Below are positions 29,671 to 37,493 of a stretch of 64,000 bases of DNA, piece after piece. The first letter of the stretch is position 1; each line of letters opens with the position of its first letter. The stretch is from an uncultured bacterium (GTDB taxonomy: Bacteria > Patescibacteriota > Minisyncoccia > UBA6257 > GWB1-50-10), in the NCBI GenBank assembly GCA_963713955.1, contig OY970216.1:296850-360849 (forward strand). Direction: 5' to 3'. The translations under genes and the position numbers were made by a program. The notes beneath the pieces were generated by a model. That model had not been told where the DNA came from and made no database searches. It worked only from the letters and a program-made list of their open reading frames with translations.

Positions 29671-31902
29671 CTATTCCCAGTGTATTTCTTTTTCGAAGAC
29701 GCTCAATCTCTCCTTGAGGGCGGGGTATTTTTTTAGGTTGGGGTCGCCTTTGAGTGTTTGGAGCGCAAGTTCCCTTGTGCGTTTAACGAGATCGGGGTTT
29801 TGAATCGCTTTCATCGCGAGATCTGGCATGCCAGTCTGCGATTCTCCCAAAAATTCTCCCGGACCCCGGAGTTTCAGATCCTTTTCGGCCAATTCGAAAC
29901 CGTTCTTCGCTTCCACGATTGCTTTCAGTCTTTGGTTCACGTTCCTTGTTTCGGATTCAGTGAAGAGAAAGCAGTAGGATTGATGCTCGCCGCGGCCAAC
30001 GCGCCCTCGGAACTGGTAAAGCTGCGCGAGGCCGAACCGGTCAGCATCCTCGATCATCATGATCGTGGCGTTCGGGATGTCGACACCGACTTCGATGACT
30101 GAAGTGGAGATCAGGACATCTATCTTTTTATTCAGGAAATTGCTCATGATTTCTTCCTTGTCGGCCGATTTCATTTTCCCGTGAAGCATCGCGACCGCGA
30201 GATCGGGGAAAATTTTCTTGGAAAGTTTCTCATATTCTTCTTTGACGGCCTTGACCCCGTACCACAAGAAATCTCTTGAGAGTGGAGGATGAGCGTTCGA
30301 GCTGTTTTGTGAAACGTACTTCTCAATACTGTGACGGTGAGCTTGTGGTACAGGGTTGACCTGCCAGAGAAGCGCCGTTTTGTAATTTCCGGAAACTGCG
30401 CTTTCTTCAGCCGGATCTATCCTCGGGTATATCACGAAAGCCTGTCTGCCTTCCCGCACTTCGCTTCTTATGAATTCATACGCTTTCTTTCTTTCTGCCG
30501 GCGAAACCGCTTTGGTTATTATTTTTTTCCTGTTTTTGGGCATCTCCGTTATGAGAGACAGGTCAAGATCTCCGAAAAGAGTCAGACTCAAAGTTCTTGG
30601 AATGGGCGTCGCCGACATGCTCAAAAAGTGGGGGATCAAAGACGATTCCCGTCCGCTTAAGAGTTCGGCTCTTTGCTTTACGCCGAATCGGTGCTGTTCG
30701 TCGACCACCACCAGGGCCAAGTTGGGAAACTCGACGTACTTCTGGAGAAGCGCGTGCGTCCCAATGATTATCTTTACTTTGTCCCTTTTTATTTCATCCG
30801 CCGCCTGTTTTTTCTTGATCTCACTCGATAGGCCGTGGCCGTAGAAGATCTCGCTTTCGCCGGAGGTCAAGAGAAGAACACCGCTCTCAAAATCGCCGAA
30901 GAGCTTGATGAAGGTATTGTAGTGCTGGGAAGCGAGGATCGAGGTCGGGGCCATGAAAGCCACTTGGCGGCCCGCCTTCGCGGCGTTCAGGGCCGCGACA
31001 GCCGCTATAACCGTCTTCCCCGATCCGACGTCGCCTTGGAGAAGCCGGTTCATGGGTATCTTTTTCGAAGTGTCCGTGAGTATTTCCCAAAGGGATTTTT
31101 TTTGCGAGAGGGTGAGTTCGAAGGGAAGTTTGCCGATGAGCGATTTTACGTAATCCAGATCTATTTTCACGTCTATCGATTCGCTTTTGGCCAGTATTAT
31201 TTTTTGCCTCAGGTTATAGAGTTGGAGCAGGAACAAGTCTTCAAAGGCGAATCTCCTCCTCGCTGCAGCCGCGTCGTCAAGATTTTCGGGGAAATGTACG
31301 TTTCTCAAGGCCTCACGTAGGCCGGGCAAATTCTCTTCAGACAGCATTTCGCGGGGCAGGGGCTCGTCCGGCATTTTGAGGTCCGAGAGAGCCGTGCTTA
31401 CCATATTTCTGATTCCCTTGGAGGTGAGACCTTTCGTCTCGGGGTAGACCGGCACTATTCGTGCCGTGTGTTTTGGTACCGCATCGTCGCTCCTCACGAT
31501 TTCGTAGGTGGGGTTGGAGAGGTAGATCTCTGCGGAGCCGGAGGTTTTCCCGGAAAAATTTGCGGTTACTCCCGGCTGGAGAACGTTTTTGACATAGGGT
31601 TGGTTGAACCAAATAGCTCGGATCGATCCGGAGTCGTCCGAGATGAGGGCCTCCGTGATGTAAATGTTCTTTTTCCAGCTTCTTCTTGTGTTTATCTCAT
31701 CGATAGTTCCTTTTATGGTTGCCTCTTGTCGGGGTATCAAGTCCGCGATTTTGTAAATTTCGGAGAAGTCCTCATAGCGGGTGGGGAAGTGGAACAAGAG
31801 ATCCCGTACCGTTTCAATGCCGAGGTTTTTGAGCTTGGCCTTCCATCGCTCGCCGACAGATTTTATTTTGGAAACCGGATCGTCCAGGTTTATCACACCC
31901 AT
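29671..31902 (-). CDS. recG: ATP-dependent DNA helicase RecG
   Basis: Wedge domain plus SF2 helicase; GDVGSGKT Walker A; DEQHRFG; QFRGRVGRG motif VI; 743 aa. Confidence 0.9.
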   Translation of the reverse strand: MGVINLDDPVSKIKSVGERWKAKLKNLGIETVRDLLFHFPTRYEDFSEIYKIADLIPRQEATIKGTIDEINTRRSWKKNIYITEALISDDSGSIRAIWFNQPYVKNVLQPGVTANFSGKTSGSAEIYLSNPTYEIVRSDDAVPKHTARIVPVYPETKGLTSKGIRNMVSTALSDLKMPDEPLPREMLSEENLPGLREALRNVHFPENLDDAAAARRRFAFEDLFLLQLYNLRQKIILAKSESIDVKIDLDYVKSLIGKLPFELTLSQKKSLWEILTDTSKKIPMNRLLQGDVGSGKTVIAAVAALNAAKAGRQVAFMAPTSILASQHYNTFIKLFGDFESGVLLLTSGESEIFYGHGLSSEIKKKQAADEIKRDKVKIIIGTHALLQKYVEFPNLALVVVDEQHRFGVKQRAELLSGRESSLIPHFLSMSATPIPRTLSLTLFGDLDLSLITEMPKNRKKIITKAVSPAERKKAYEFIRSEVREGRQAFVIYPRIDPAEESAVSGNYKTALLWQVNPVPQAHRHSIEKYVSQNSSNAHPPLSRDFLWYGVKAVKEEYEKLSKKIFPDLAVAMLHGKMKSADKEEIMSNFLNKKIDVLISTSVIEVGVDIPNATIMMIEDADRFGLAQLYQFRGRVGRGEHQSYCFLFTESETRNVNQRLKAIVEAKNGFELAEKDLKLRGPGEFLGESQTGMPDLAMKAIQNPDLVKRTRELALQTLKGDPNLKKYPALKERLSVFEKEIHWE

Positions 31903-32119
31903 AACTAAGATTTCGATAAAGTGTCTTGCAACCTTTCCTTCAATCTTCTTAAGCTTTGCGCATGGTATTTAAGCTTCGATTCTCTTTGTTTGAAGTACAT
32001 CCTAAATAGAGAGATTTATCTACACCCCTTAGTAAATAAACATAGTACATATCTTAGTTATGGGTGTGACGAGACATCGCGCATATTATAGCGCGAATTT
32101 AGTAACAAGTAACTGTTTG

Positions 32120-32192
32120 TCCGCCCCCTGGGAATCGAACCCAGAACCTTAGGATTAAGAGTCCTCTGCTCTGCCAATTGAGCTAGGGGCGG
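32120..32192 (-). tRNA. tRNA-Lys (anticodon CTT)
   Basis: Hand-folded: acceptor ccgcccc/ggggcgg, D-arm gctc-aattggca-gagc, anticodon loop cuCUUaa, T-arm ctggg-ttcgatt-cccag; 73 nt. Confidence 0.8.
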
Positions 32193-32259
32193 TCATTGGA
32201 ATTGTAAATTGAAAACGAAGAAAATTCCAGTTTCTGCCTCGTCCGGATTCGCCGAGATT

Positions 32260-33129
32260 CTATCTACTGATTCTTGAGAGAAGAATGATTCCGATGCACG
32301 CGATTGCGACGCCTACGAGTTGGTGCCATCTCAGTTTTTCTTTGTTAAAGAAGATTCCGAGGAAAACCGCCAGCGCTATGTAGCTTTCGCTGATGGTCGT
32401 AGCGATGGAGATCGGAATCAGAGTCGTCGAGTAGGCATAGAAAACCCAAGCTGCGTTATCAATGACGCTTTGGGCTGTTATGACTGCTGGATATTGCTTG
32501 AAATCGCGTACTATGCTTTTGAGGTTACCGTTGGCGAGGAGATAGACGAAGCAAAAGACGGCGAGTGAGCCGTGAATGAACCATATGGCCAGAAGAGGTG
32601 AGACCTCCTGGCTTGAGACGCCCACCAGAAAATTCATGAGACCCATCCCGACGGCGGCCAGTCCTGCCAACATAACGCCTCTCTCGAAAACCCGTTTATG
32701 GTAGTGTAAGTGCGTATGATGGAGGGTGATTGCGAGCGTTACACCGATAAATATCGAAAAGATGAGGAGAGCTTGGATCAGCGAAATGTGTTCATGCCAG
32801 ATAGTTATGCTTAAGCCGACGGCTACGGGAACTTCTATGCCGAGGAGCGGTTCGACAATGGCGATTTTGCCCCTTTTCAAGGCTTCAAAGTCGAAAAGAG
32901 CTCCAAAGAACATAACCAAGCTCCCCAGGACTAACACGGCTATGTTCTGAGGATGCATCCAAAGCGCTGGTAATTCGTGGGCTATCAGCGGGAAGATGAC
33001 GACGAGAGCCGTAATCCCTATGAAGAACAAAGTCTTCCAGTCGCCGATTTTCCGGGTGGTTCGCTGGATCAAGAAATCCCCCAATCCCCACCCTAAAAGT
33101 GCTCCTATTGCAAAAAGTATTCCCAACAT
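32260..33129 (-). CDS. EamA/DMT-family transporter
   Basis: 10-TM protein with duplicated EamA-like halves; ORF-track start 33162 (TTG) would overlap tRNA-Arg, so trimmed to ATG 33127-33129 (MLGILFAIG). Confidence 0.65.
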   Translation of the reverse strand: MLGILFAIGALLGWGLGDFLIQRTTRKIGDWKTLFFIGITALVVIFPLIAHELPALWMHPQNIAVLVLGSLVMFFGALFDFEALKRGKIAIVEPLLGIEVPVAVGLSITIWHEHISLIQALLIFSIFIGVTLAITLHHTHLHYHKRVFERGVMLAGLAAVGMGLMNFLVGVSSQEVSPLLAIWFIHGSLAVFCFVYLLANGNLKSIVRDFKQYPAVITAQSVIDNAAWVFYAYSTTLIPISIATTISESYIALAVFLGIFFNKEKLRWHQLVGVAIACIGIILLSRISR

Positions 33130-33135
33130 TTTTTG

Positions 33136-33209
33136 TGCGCCCTGCAGGAATCGAACCTGCAACCCTCTGCTTCGAAGGCAGATACTCTATCCAATTGAGC
33201 TAAGGGCGC
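33136..33209 (-). tRNA. tRNA-Arg (anticodon TCG)
   Basis: Hand-folded: acceptor gcgccct/agggcgc, anticodon stem tctgc/gcaga, loop cuUCGaa, T-arm gcagg-ttcgatt-cctgc; 74 nt. Confidence 0.8.
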
Positions 33210-33365
33210 AGTCTTACGCTATCATCTTATAACTTTTGATGGCCTTTTGAAAGCTATGGAGAGGAATGAAAACATCCTCTCACTAAAGCCTCCAGTCGTT
33301 AAAATCCAATTCGCTCCCTCGCTCCTCGCCACCCAGCTTCGATTCTTCCCCTTTATTCTACAAAG

Positions 33366-33515
33366 AAGCTCCCGTGCAGGTATTTTGAAGAAGCTTACGG
33401 AAGCGAAAAAGCTTGGTTCCCGAGCGGAAGCGAGGGATTTTTCGCTGAGAAGCAGCGGGCTCTTGCCGCTGGAGCAAGAGAACCGTGGTTCTGAGAAATA
33501 CCTGCACGGGAGCTT
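33366..33515 (+). repeat. 20-bp perfect inverted repeat (aagctcccgtgcaggtattt / aaatacctgcacgggagctt) enclosing a 110-nt hairpin-rich segment; candidate ncRNA or MITE
   Basis: Read from the sequence in a 350-nt intergenic gap between tRNA-Arg and cca; nested hairpins agcga-gggattttt-tcgct and cagcgg-gctcttg-ccgctg. Confidence 0.3.
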
Positions 33516-33558
33516 TACTACATTTCATTTTAACTCTGCCTATTCTAAAATTATCGTA

Positions 33559-35040
33559 ATGACGTTGAAGATACCGAAAGAAGTGAAAGAGGCAGTGAAG
33601 AAACTGGAAACCGCGGGGTACGAAGCGTACCTCGTCGGCGGGTGCGTACGGGACGTGGTACTCGGGAAGATTCCCAAGGATTGGGACATCGCGACGAACG
33701 CCCGGCCTGAGGAGATGCAGAAAATTTTCCCGGAGAGCGTCTACGAAAACAATTTCGGAACCGTGGGCGTGAAAACCGATTCGGATGATGAAACTTTGAA
33801 AATACTCGAAGTGACAACGTTCAGATCGGAGAGCGTCTATGAAGATCGGAGACATCCCAAAGATGTGAAATTTGTCTCGACGATCGAGGAAGATTTGTCA
33901 CGCCGGGATTTCACTGTGAACGCCATGGCACTCTCGTTCGGTTCGAAATTCGAAATTCGAAATTCGAAATTTTCGCTGATCGATCCCTTTGATGGCCGGA
34001 GAGATTTGAAGAAAAAAATCATACGGGCAGTCGGCGATCCACACAAGCGCTTCGAAGAGGACGCTCTGCGTCTCATGCGGGTCACGCGGTTCGCGGTTGA
34101 ACTCGATTTCGCCATAGAGCCCCGGACGCTCGAAGCGGTCAAGAAAAATGCCGGCCTCATCGAAGAGATAGCAAAAGAAAGGATCCGCGACGAGCTCGTG
34201 AAGGTCGTCATGTCCGACCGGGCGGCCGAGGGCATCATTCTTCTCGAGGACACGGGACTCTTGAGATACATTATTCCGGAACTTCGGGAGGGCATCGGTT
34301 GCGAACAGAACAAGCATCATATCTATACTGTCTTTGACCACAACGTGCGGGCGCTGAATTACACCGCCGAAAAGAAATATTCGCTCATCGTCCGCCTGGC
34401 CGCTCTGCTCCATGACGTCGGGAAGCCGCGCGTCAAAAGGGGGGACGGGCCTGACTCCACGTTTTACAATCATGAGGTTATCGGCGGCAGGATGACTTTG
34501 AAGATACTGGATCGGTTGCGTTTTTCCAAGGAAGTAGTGGAAAAAGTCGGCCATCTGGTGAGGTTTCACCTCTTCTACTACAACGTCGGCGAAGTGACGG
34601 AGGCTGGCGTCCGGAGGTTTTTGGCGCGGGTCGGTCCCGAAAACGTGGGTGATTTGCTGAAAGTGAGGGAAGCGGATCGGATCGGTTCCGGCGTTCCCAA
34701 AGCCTTCCCTTATAAACTTCGTCACCTCCTCTTTATGATCGAGAAGGTGAAGCGCGATCCTATTTCTCCCAAGATGCTCGAAATGAACGGCACGGACGTC
34801 ATGGGAATTTTGGACATCGGGCCGGGCCCGAAAGTCGGCTGGATTCTTTCGATACTTCTCGAGGAGGTTCTGGACGATCCCGCGAAGAACAAGCGCGGAC
34901 ACTTGGAGGAAAGAGTGAAATGTCTCGGCGCGCTTTCGGACAAGGAACTAAAGATCATGGCGGAAAAGGCGAAGGAAACCAAAGAGGAATTCGAGTCCGG
35001 AGTTGAAAGCGAAATGAAGAAGAAGTACTATGTAAAATAA
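33559..35040 (+). CDS. cca: CCA-adding tRNA nucleotidyltransferase with HD domain
   Basis: Pol-beta NTase head GGCVRDVVLGKIPKDWDIAT ... RRDFTVNAMAL; HD motif LLHDVGKP; start trimmed to ATG 33559 (MTLKIPKEV). Confidence 0.85.
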   Translation: MTLKIPKEVKEAVKKLETAGYEAYLVGGCVRDVVLGKIPKDWDIATNARPEEMQKIFPESVYENNFGTVGVKTDSDDETLKILEVTTFRSESVYEDRRHPKDVKFVSTIEEDLSRRDFTVNAMALSFGSKFEIRNSKFSLIDPFDGRRDLKKKIIRAVGDPHKRFEEDALRLMRVTRFAVELDFAIEPRTLEAVKKNAGLIEEIAKERIRDELVKVVMSDRAAEGIILLEDTGLLRYIIPELREGIGCEQNKHHIYTVFDHNVRALNYTAEKKYSLIVRLAALLHDVGKPRVKRGDGPDSTFYNHEVIGGRMTLKILDRLRFSKEVVEKVGHLVRFHLFYYNVGEVTEAGVRRFLARVGPENVGDLLKVREADRIGSGVPKAFPYKLRHLLFMIEKVKRDPISPKMLEMNGTDVMGILDIGPGPKVGWILSILLEEVLDDPAKNKRGHLEERVKCLGALSDKELKIMAEKAKETKEEFESGVESEMKKKYYVK

Positions 35041-35043
35041 ATT

Positions 35044-35454
35044 ATGGATGTCAGATTCAGGAACGAAAAAATATGGAGAGTTCTCAGCAATTTTTGGACC
35101 ATCATTTTTATGGTCTTTTTGGTTCTTAATTTCTTGTTTCACGGACAGTTCGATTTTCTTACGGCGCCTTTCAGTGTCATCTATACGGGCATCTTAACCC
35201 TTTACGCCGGAACCAAAGAATTCGACCGGTGGTACGACGTTCATGAAAGCCGCCACCCGGGAGAACTCTTCATTATTGCCTGGACCGTGGTTATATTTTC
35301 GCTCGTATTTTTGTCCGTAATTTTGCCGGACGGCTATAAAGTTTCGTCCGAAACCGTAGCAGTCTACATAATGGTTCTCTCTATTTTCGCTCTGACTCAA
35401 AAATCGAAACAGCTCCATAAGCGCAAGCTGGAACGCAAGAAAAGCGGGAAATAA
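35044..35454 (+). CDS. small 4-TM membrane protein
   Basis: 136 aa, hydrophobic; no family. Confidence 0.4.
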   Translation: MDVRFRNEKIWRVLSNFWTIIFMVFLVLNFLFHGQFDFLTAPFSVIYTGILTLYAGTKEFDRWYDVHESRHPGELFIIAWTVVIFSLVFLSVILPDGYKVSSETVAVYIMVLSIFALTQKSKQLHKRKLERKKSGK

Positions 35455-35647
35455 GTTGAAACTTTACCCCGCACCAAGCCAAGCGCTGCAACGCCTCACG
35501 CTTCCGATATTCCTTCAAGCATCAGGCGGGATACAACTGCGAGGTTTTTCCCCTCCATTCGTGGGTCATCGTACGGCGTTGGAAGCGAAGCGCTTGATCT
35601 GGTGACGGGGTTTACTCTCTTCGCTTTTTCCTTTAAGCTTTTAGTGG

Positions 35648-35718
35648 CGGGGAGGAGTATGCCGGTAGTACACACGCTTCGGGTGCGTGCAGACCGGGTT
35701 CGATTCCCGGCTCCCCGA
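35648..35718 (+). tRNA. tRNA-Pro (anticodon CGG), short D-arm
   Basis: Hand-folded: acceptor cggggag/ctccccg, anticodon stem cacgc/gcgtg, loop uuCGGgu (G37), T-arm ccggg-ttcgatt-cccgg; 71 nt; D-stem only 3 bp, so confidence is moderate. Confidence 0.6.
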
Positions 35719-35729
35719 CAAATAAAAGT

Positions 35730-35785
35730 TATCCCCAGATTTATGGCTTCCCGCTCTCATTATTGAGAGCGGGAAGCCTTATTAG
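35730..35785. repeat. family-3 palindromic hairpin, copy 1 (ggcttcccgctctc-attatt-gagagcgggaagcc); probable bidirectional terminator
   Basis: 14-bp perfect stem; lies between tRNA-Pro (+) and the HhH-GPD glycosylase stop (-); near-identical 55-nt copy at 40525-40572. Confidence 0.5.
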
Positions 35786-36612
35786 ATGTGGTATGTATCG
35801 CCGCACTTTTCGATGAATCCTTCGCGGGAGAGCTGGAGGAGAATCCCTTTGAGCTCAATCTTTGATTTTCCGGTTTTGTGGGAAAGTTTTCCAAGGGTAA
35901 GAGGGGAATGGAGGAGAAGCCTTAAAATCTGTCCGCGAATCTGGCGTCTTGATCCTTCGAAACGGGATTGCTTAAAGTAGTGTTTGCTTTTCCGGTTGGG
36001 ATTTGGAGAGATCTTCGAGGGATTGCGGCCGAGGGTGGCGCCATAATCCGTGAGTGCCCAATACCACTCGCGCGGATTCTTCCGGTCGAGAGTTTGCTCG
36101 AGGAGGGGAAGAATTTCGCGATCATGGATCATTTTCCTCTTTTTGAAGAACCAGTGGATGAACGTCCGTCGGATATTCGTCTCGATAAAGAGGGAAGGGA
36201 GGTTGTACGCGTAGGCGATAATCGCGCCGGCGGTCGCTTCGCCGATGCCGGGGAGTTTCGCGAGTTCATCCGCGCTCCTCGGCAATCGTCCGTGGTGCTT
36301 TCGAACGATTTCGCGAGCCATCTTTTGGAGATAAAGCGGCCTGCGGTTGTATCCCAAGCCCTGCCAGATCGAAAGGATCTTCTTTAGAGGGGCGCCGGCG
36401 AGTGTCCGCCAATCGGGGAATGCTTTGAGGAATTTCGGGTAATAGAGCGCGACACGCGGAACCTGCGTCTGCTGGAGCATGATTTCGGAAACCACGATGC
36501 GGTAGGGAGTTACGTTCTCCCGCCAGGGGAGATTGCGCCCTTCCTTTCGATAGTATTCCTGGATTTCTTTCCTGAATTCTTGGACTTGTTTCTTTGAAAG
36601 TTTTGCCGGCAT
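35782..36612 (-). CDS. HhH-GPD superfamily DNA glycosylase (MutY/Nth-like) lacking Fe-S cysteines, with C-terminal wHTH-like extension
   Basis: HhH motif LAKLPGIGEATAGAIIAYAYN; no Cx6Cx2Cx5C cluster; start trimmed to ATG 36610-36612 (MPAKLSKKQ). Confidence 0.7.
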   Translation of the reverse strand: MPAKLSKKQVQEFRKEIQEYYRKEGRNLPWRENVTPYRIVVSEIMLQQTQVPRVALYYPKFLKAFPDWRTLAGAPLKKILSIWQGLGYNRRPLYLQKMAREIVRKHHGRLPRSADELAKLPGIGEATAGAIIAYAYNLPSLFIETNIRRTFIHWFFKKRKMIHDREILPLLEQTLDRKNPREWYWALTDYGATLGRNPSKISPNPNRKSKHYFKQSRFEGSRRQIRGQILRLLLHSPLTLGKLSHKTGKSKIELKGILLQLSREGFIEKCGDTYHI

Positions 36613-36718
36613 GAGAGTCTCTTTGCATTTTACCCCCTTGGATTCAATTTGTAACGAAATTTGAGGCTTCGCGTATTCTTTCATACATACAAGAAAGGTC
36701 GGTATAGTTTTTCCTATC

Positions 36719-37426
36719 ATGAAAAAATTGACGATCGGAGTCGGAGTTGTCGCGGGAGTTGCTGTTTTGGCGACGATGCTTGTCGCGAGTGCCCAGACGG
36801 CGGCGACGACAACGGCCGGGACGCCAAGTCAGTCCGAACAGATGGTACTGCAGATCGGACCGGCGGGGAAAACGCTTCTCCGTGGGACAATCGGCTCCGT
36901 CTCAAGCGGGGTCCTCACAGTGAGAAGCTGGGGTGGAGATTGGACGGTGAATGTTGGTTCCTCGGCCCAAGTTCTCCCGGCGGCGGCCAGCAACAACTTG
37001 AGCCAATTCAAGACGGGTGATTTCGTTGGTGTCCAGGGAACGGTATCACAAAGCGCCGCTTGGACTGTTGACGCGACGCTGGTTCGGGATTGGACGTATC
37101 GGCAAGCAGTGACCCAACAGGAGAAGCAGAACGTACAATCCGCGCGCCAGACGATTCAGAGCGGGACGCCCAAGAACTACGTCGGCGTTGCGGCGAATGT
37201 GAATGGCAGTTCCTTCACCCTGACGGTCGGGGGAACGGCGTACACGGTGAACGTTGCGTCCGGTGCGGAAGTGGTAAATAAGAATTGGGTAACGATACCT
37301 CTCACGAACATTCAGAATAACGATAACGTGCGCGTCTGGGGCGTGAATGCGAGTAGCACCATCACGGCGCAAATCGTGCGGGACGTTTCGATTCCGGCGA
37401 CTTCTCCGCCGAATCCGTCTCACTAG
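36719..37426 (+). CDS. secreted protein with two tandem ~75-aa beta-rich repeats (DUF5666-like)
   Basis: Signal peptide; repeat 1 GTIGSVSSGVLTVRSWGGDWTVNVGSS..., repeat 2 VGVAANVNGSSFTLTVGGTAYTVNVASG... Confidence 0.5.
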   Translation: MKKLTIGVGVVAGVAVLATMLVASAQTAATTTAGTPSQSEQMVLQIGPAGKTLLRGTIGSVSSGVLTVRSWGGDWTVNVGSSAQVLPAAASNNLSQFKTGDFVGVQGTVSQSAAWTVDATLVRDWTYRQAVTQQEKQNVQSARQTIQSGTPKNYVGVAANVNGSSFTLTVGGTAYTVNVASGAEVVNKNWVTIPLTNIQNNDNVRVWGVNASSTITAQIVRDVSIPATSPPNPSH

Positions 37427-37448
37427 TCGATTCAGTTTAAGAGTTTTT

Positions 37449-37486
37449 AGAAGAAGCCTGTTCAAAAACAGGCTTCTTCTTTTTGG
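37449..37486. terminator. Rho-independent terminator (gaagaagcctgtt-caaaa-acaggcttcttc followed by ttttt), bidirectional position
   Basis: 13-bp perfect stem followed by a T-run, between convergent genes. Confidence 0.6.
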
Positions 37487-37493
37487 TGAGCGC

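Noticed and set aside
33898-34902. 334-aa minus-strand ORF
   Set aside because: Antisense to the CCA-adding enzyme gene, which carries the NTase and HD motifs.
35455-35647. Possible small RNA gene in the 190-nt spacer before tRNA-Pro
   Set aside because: Only a weak stem (gaagcgaag/cttcgcttt) and no conserved motif I could recognise. Insufficient evidence.
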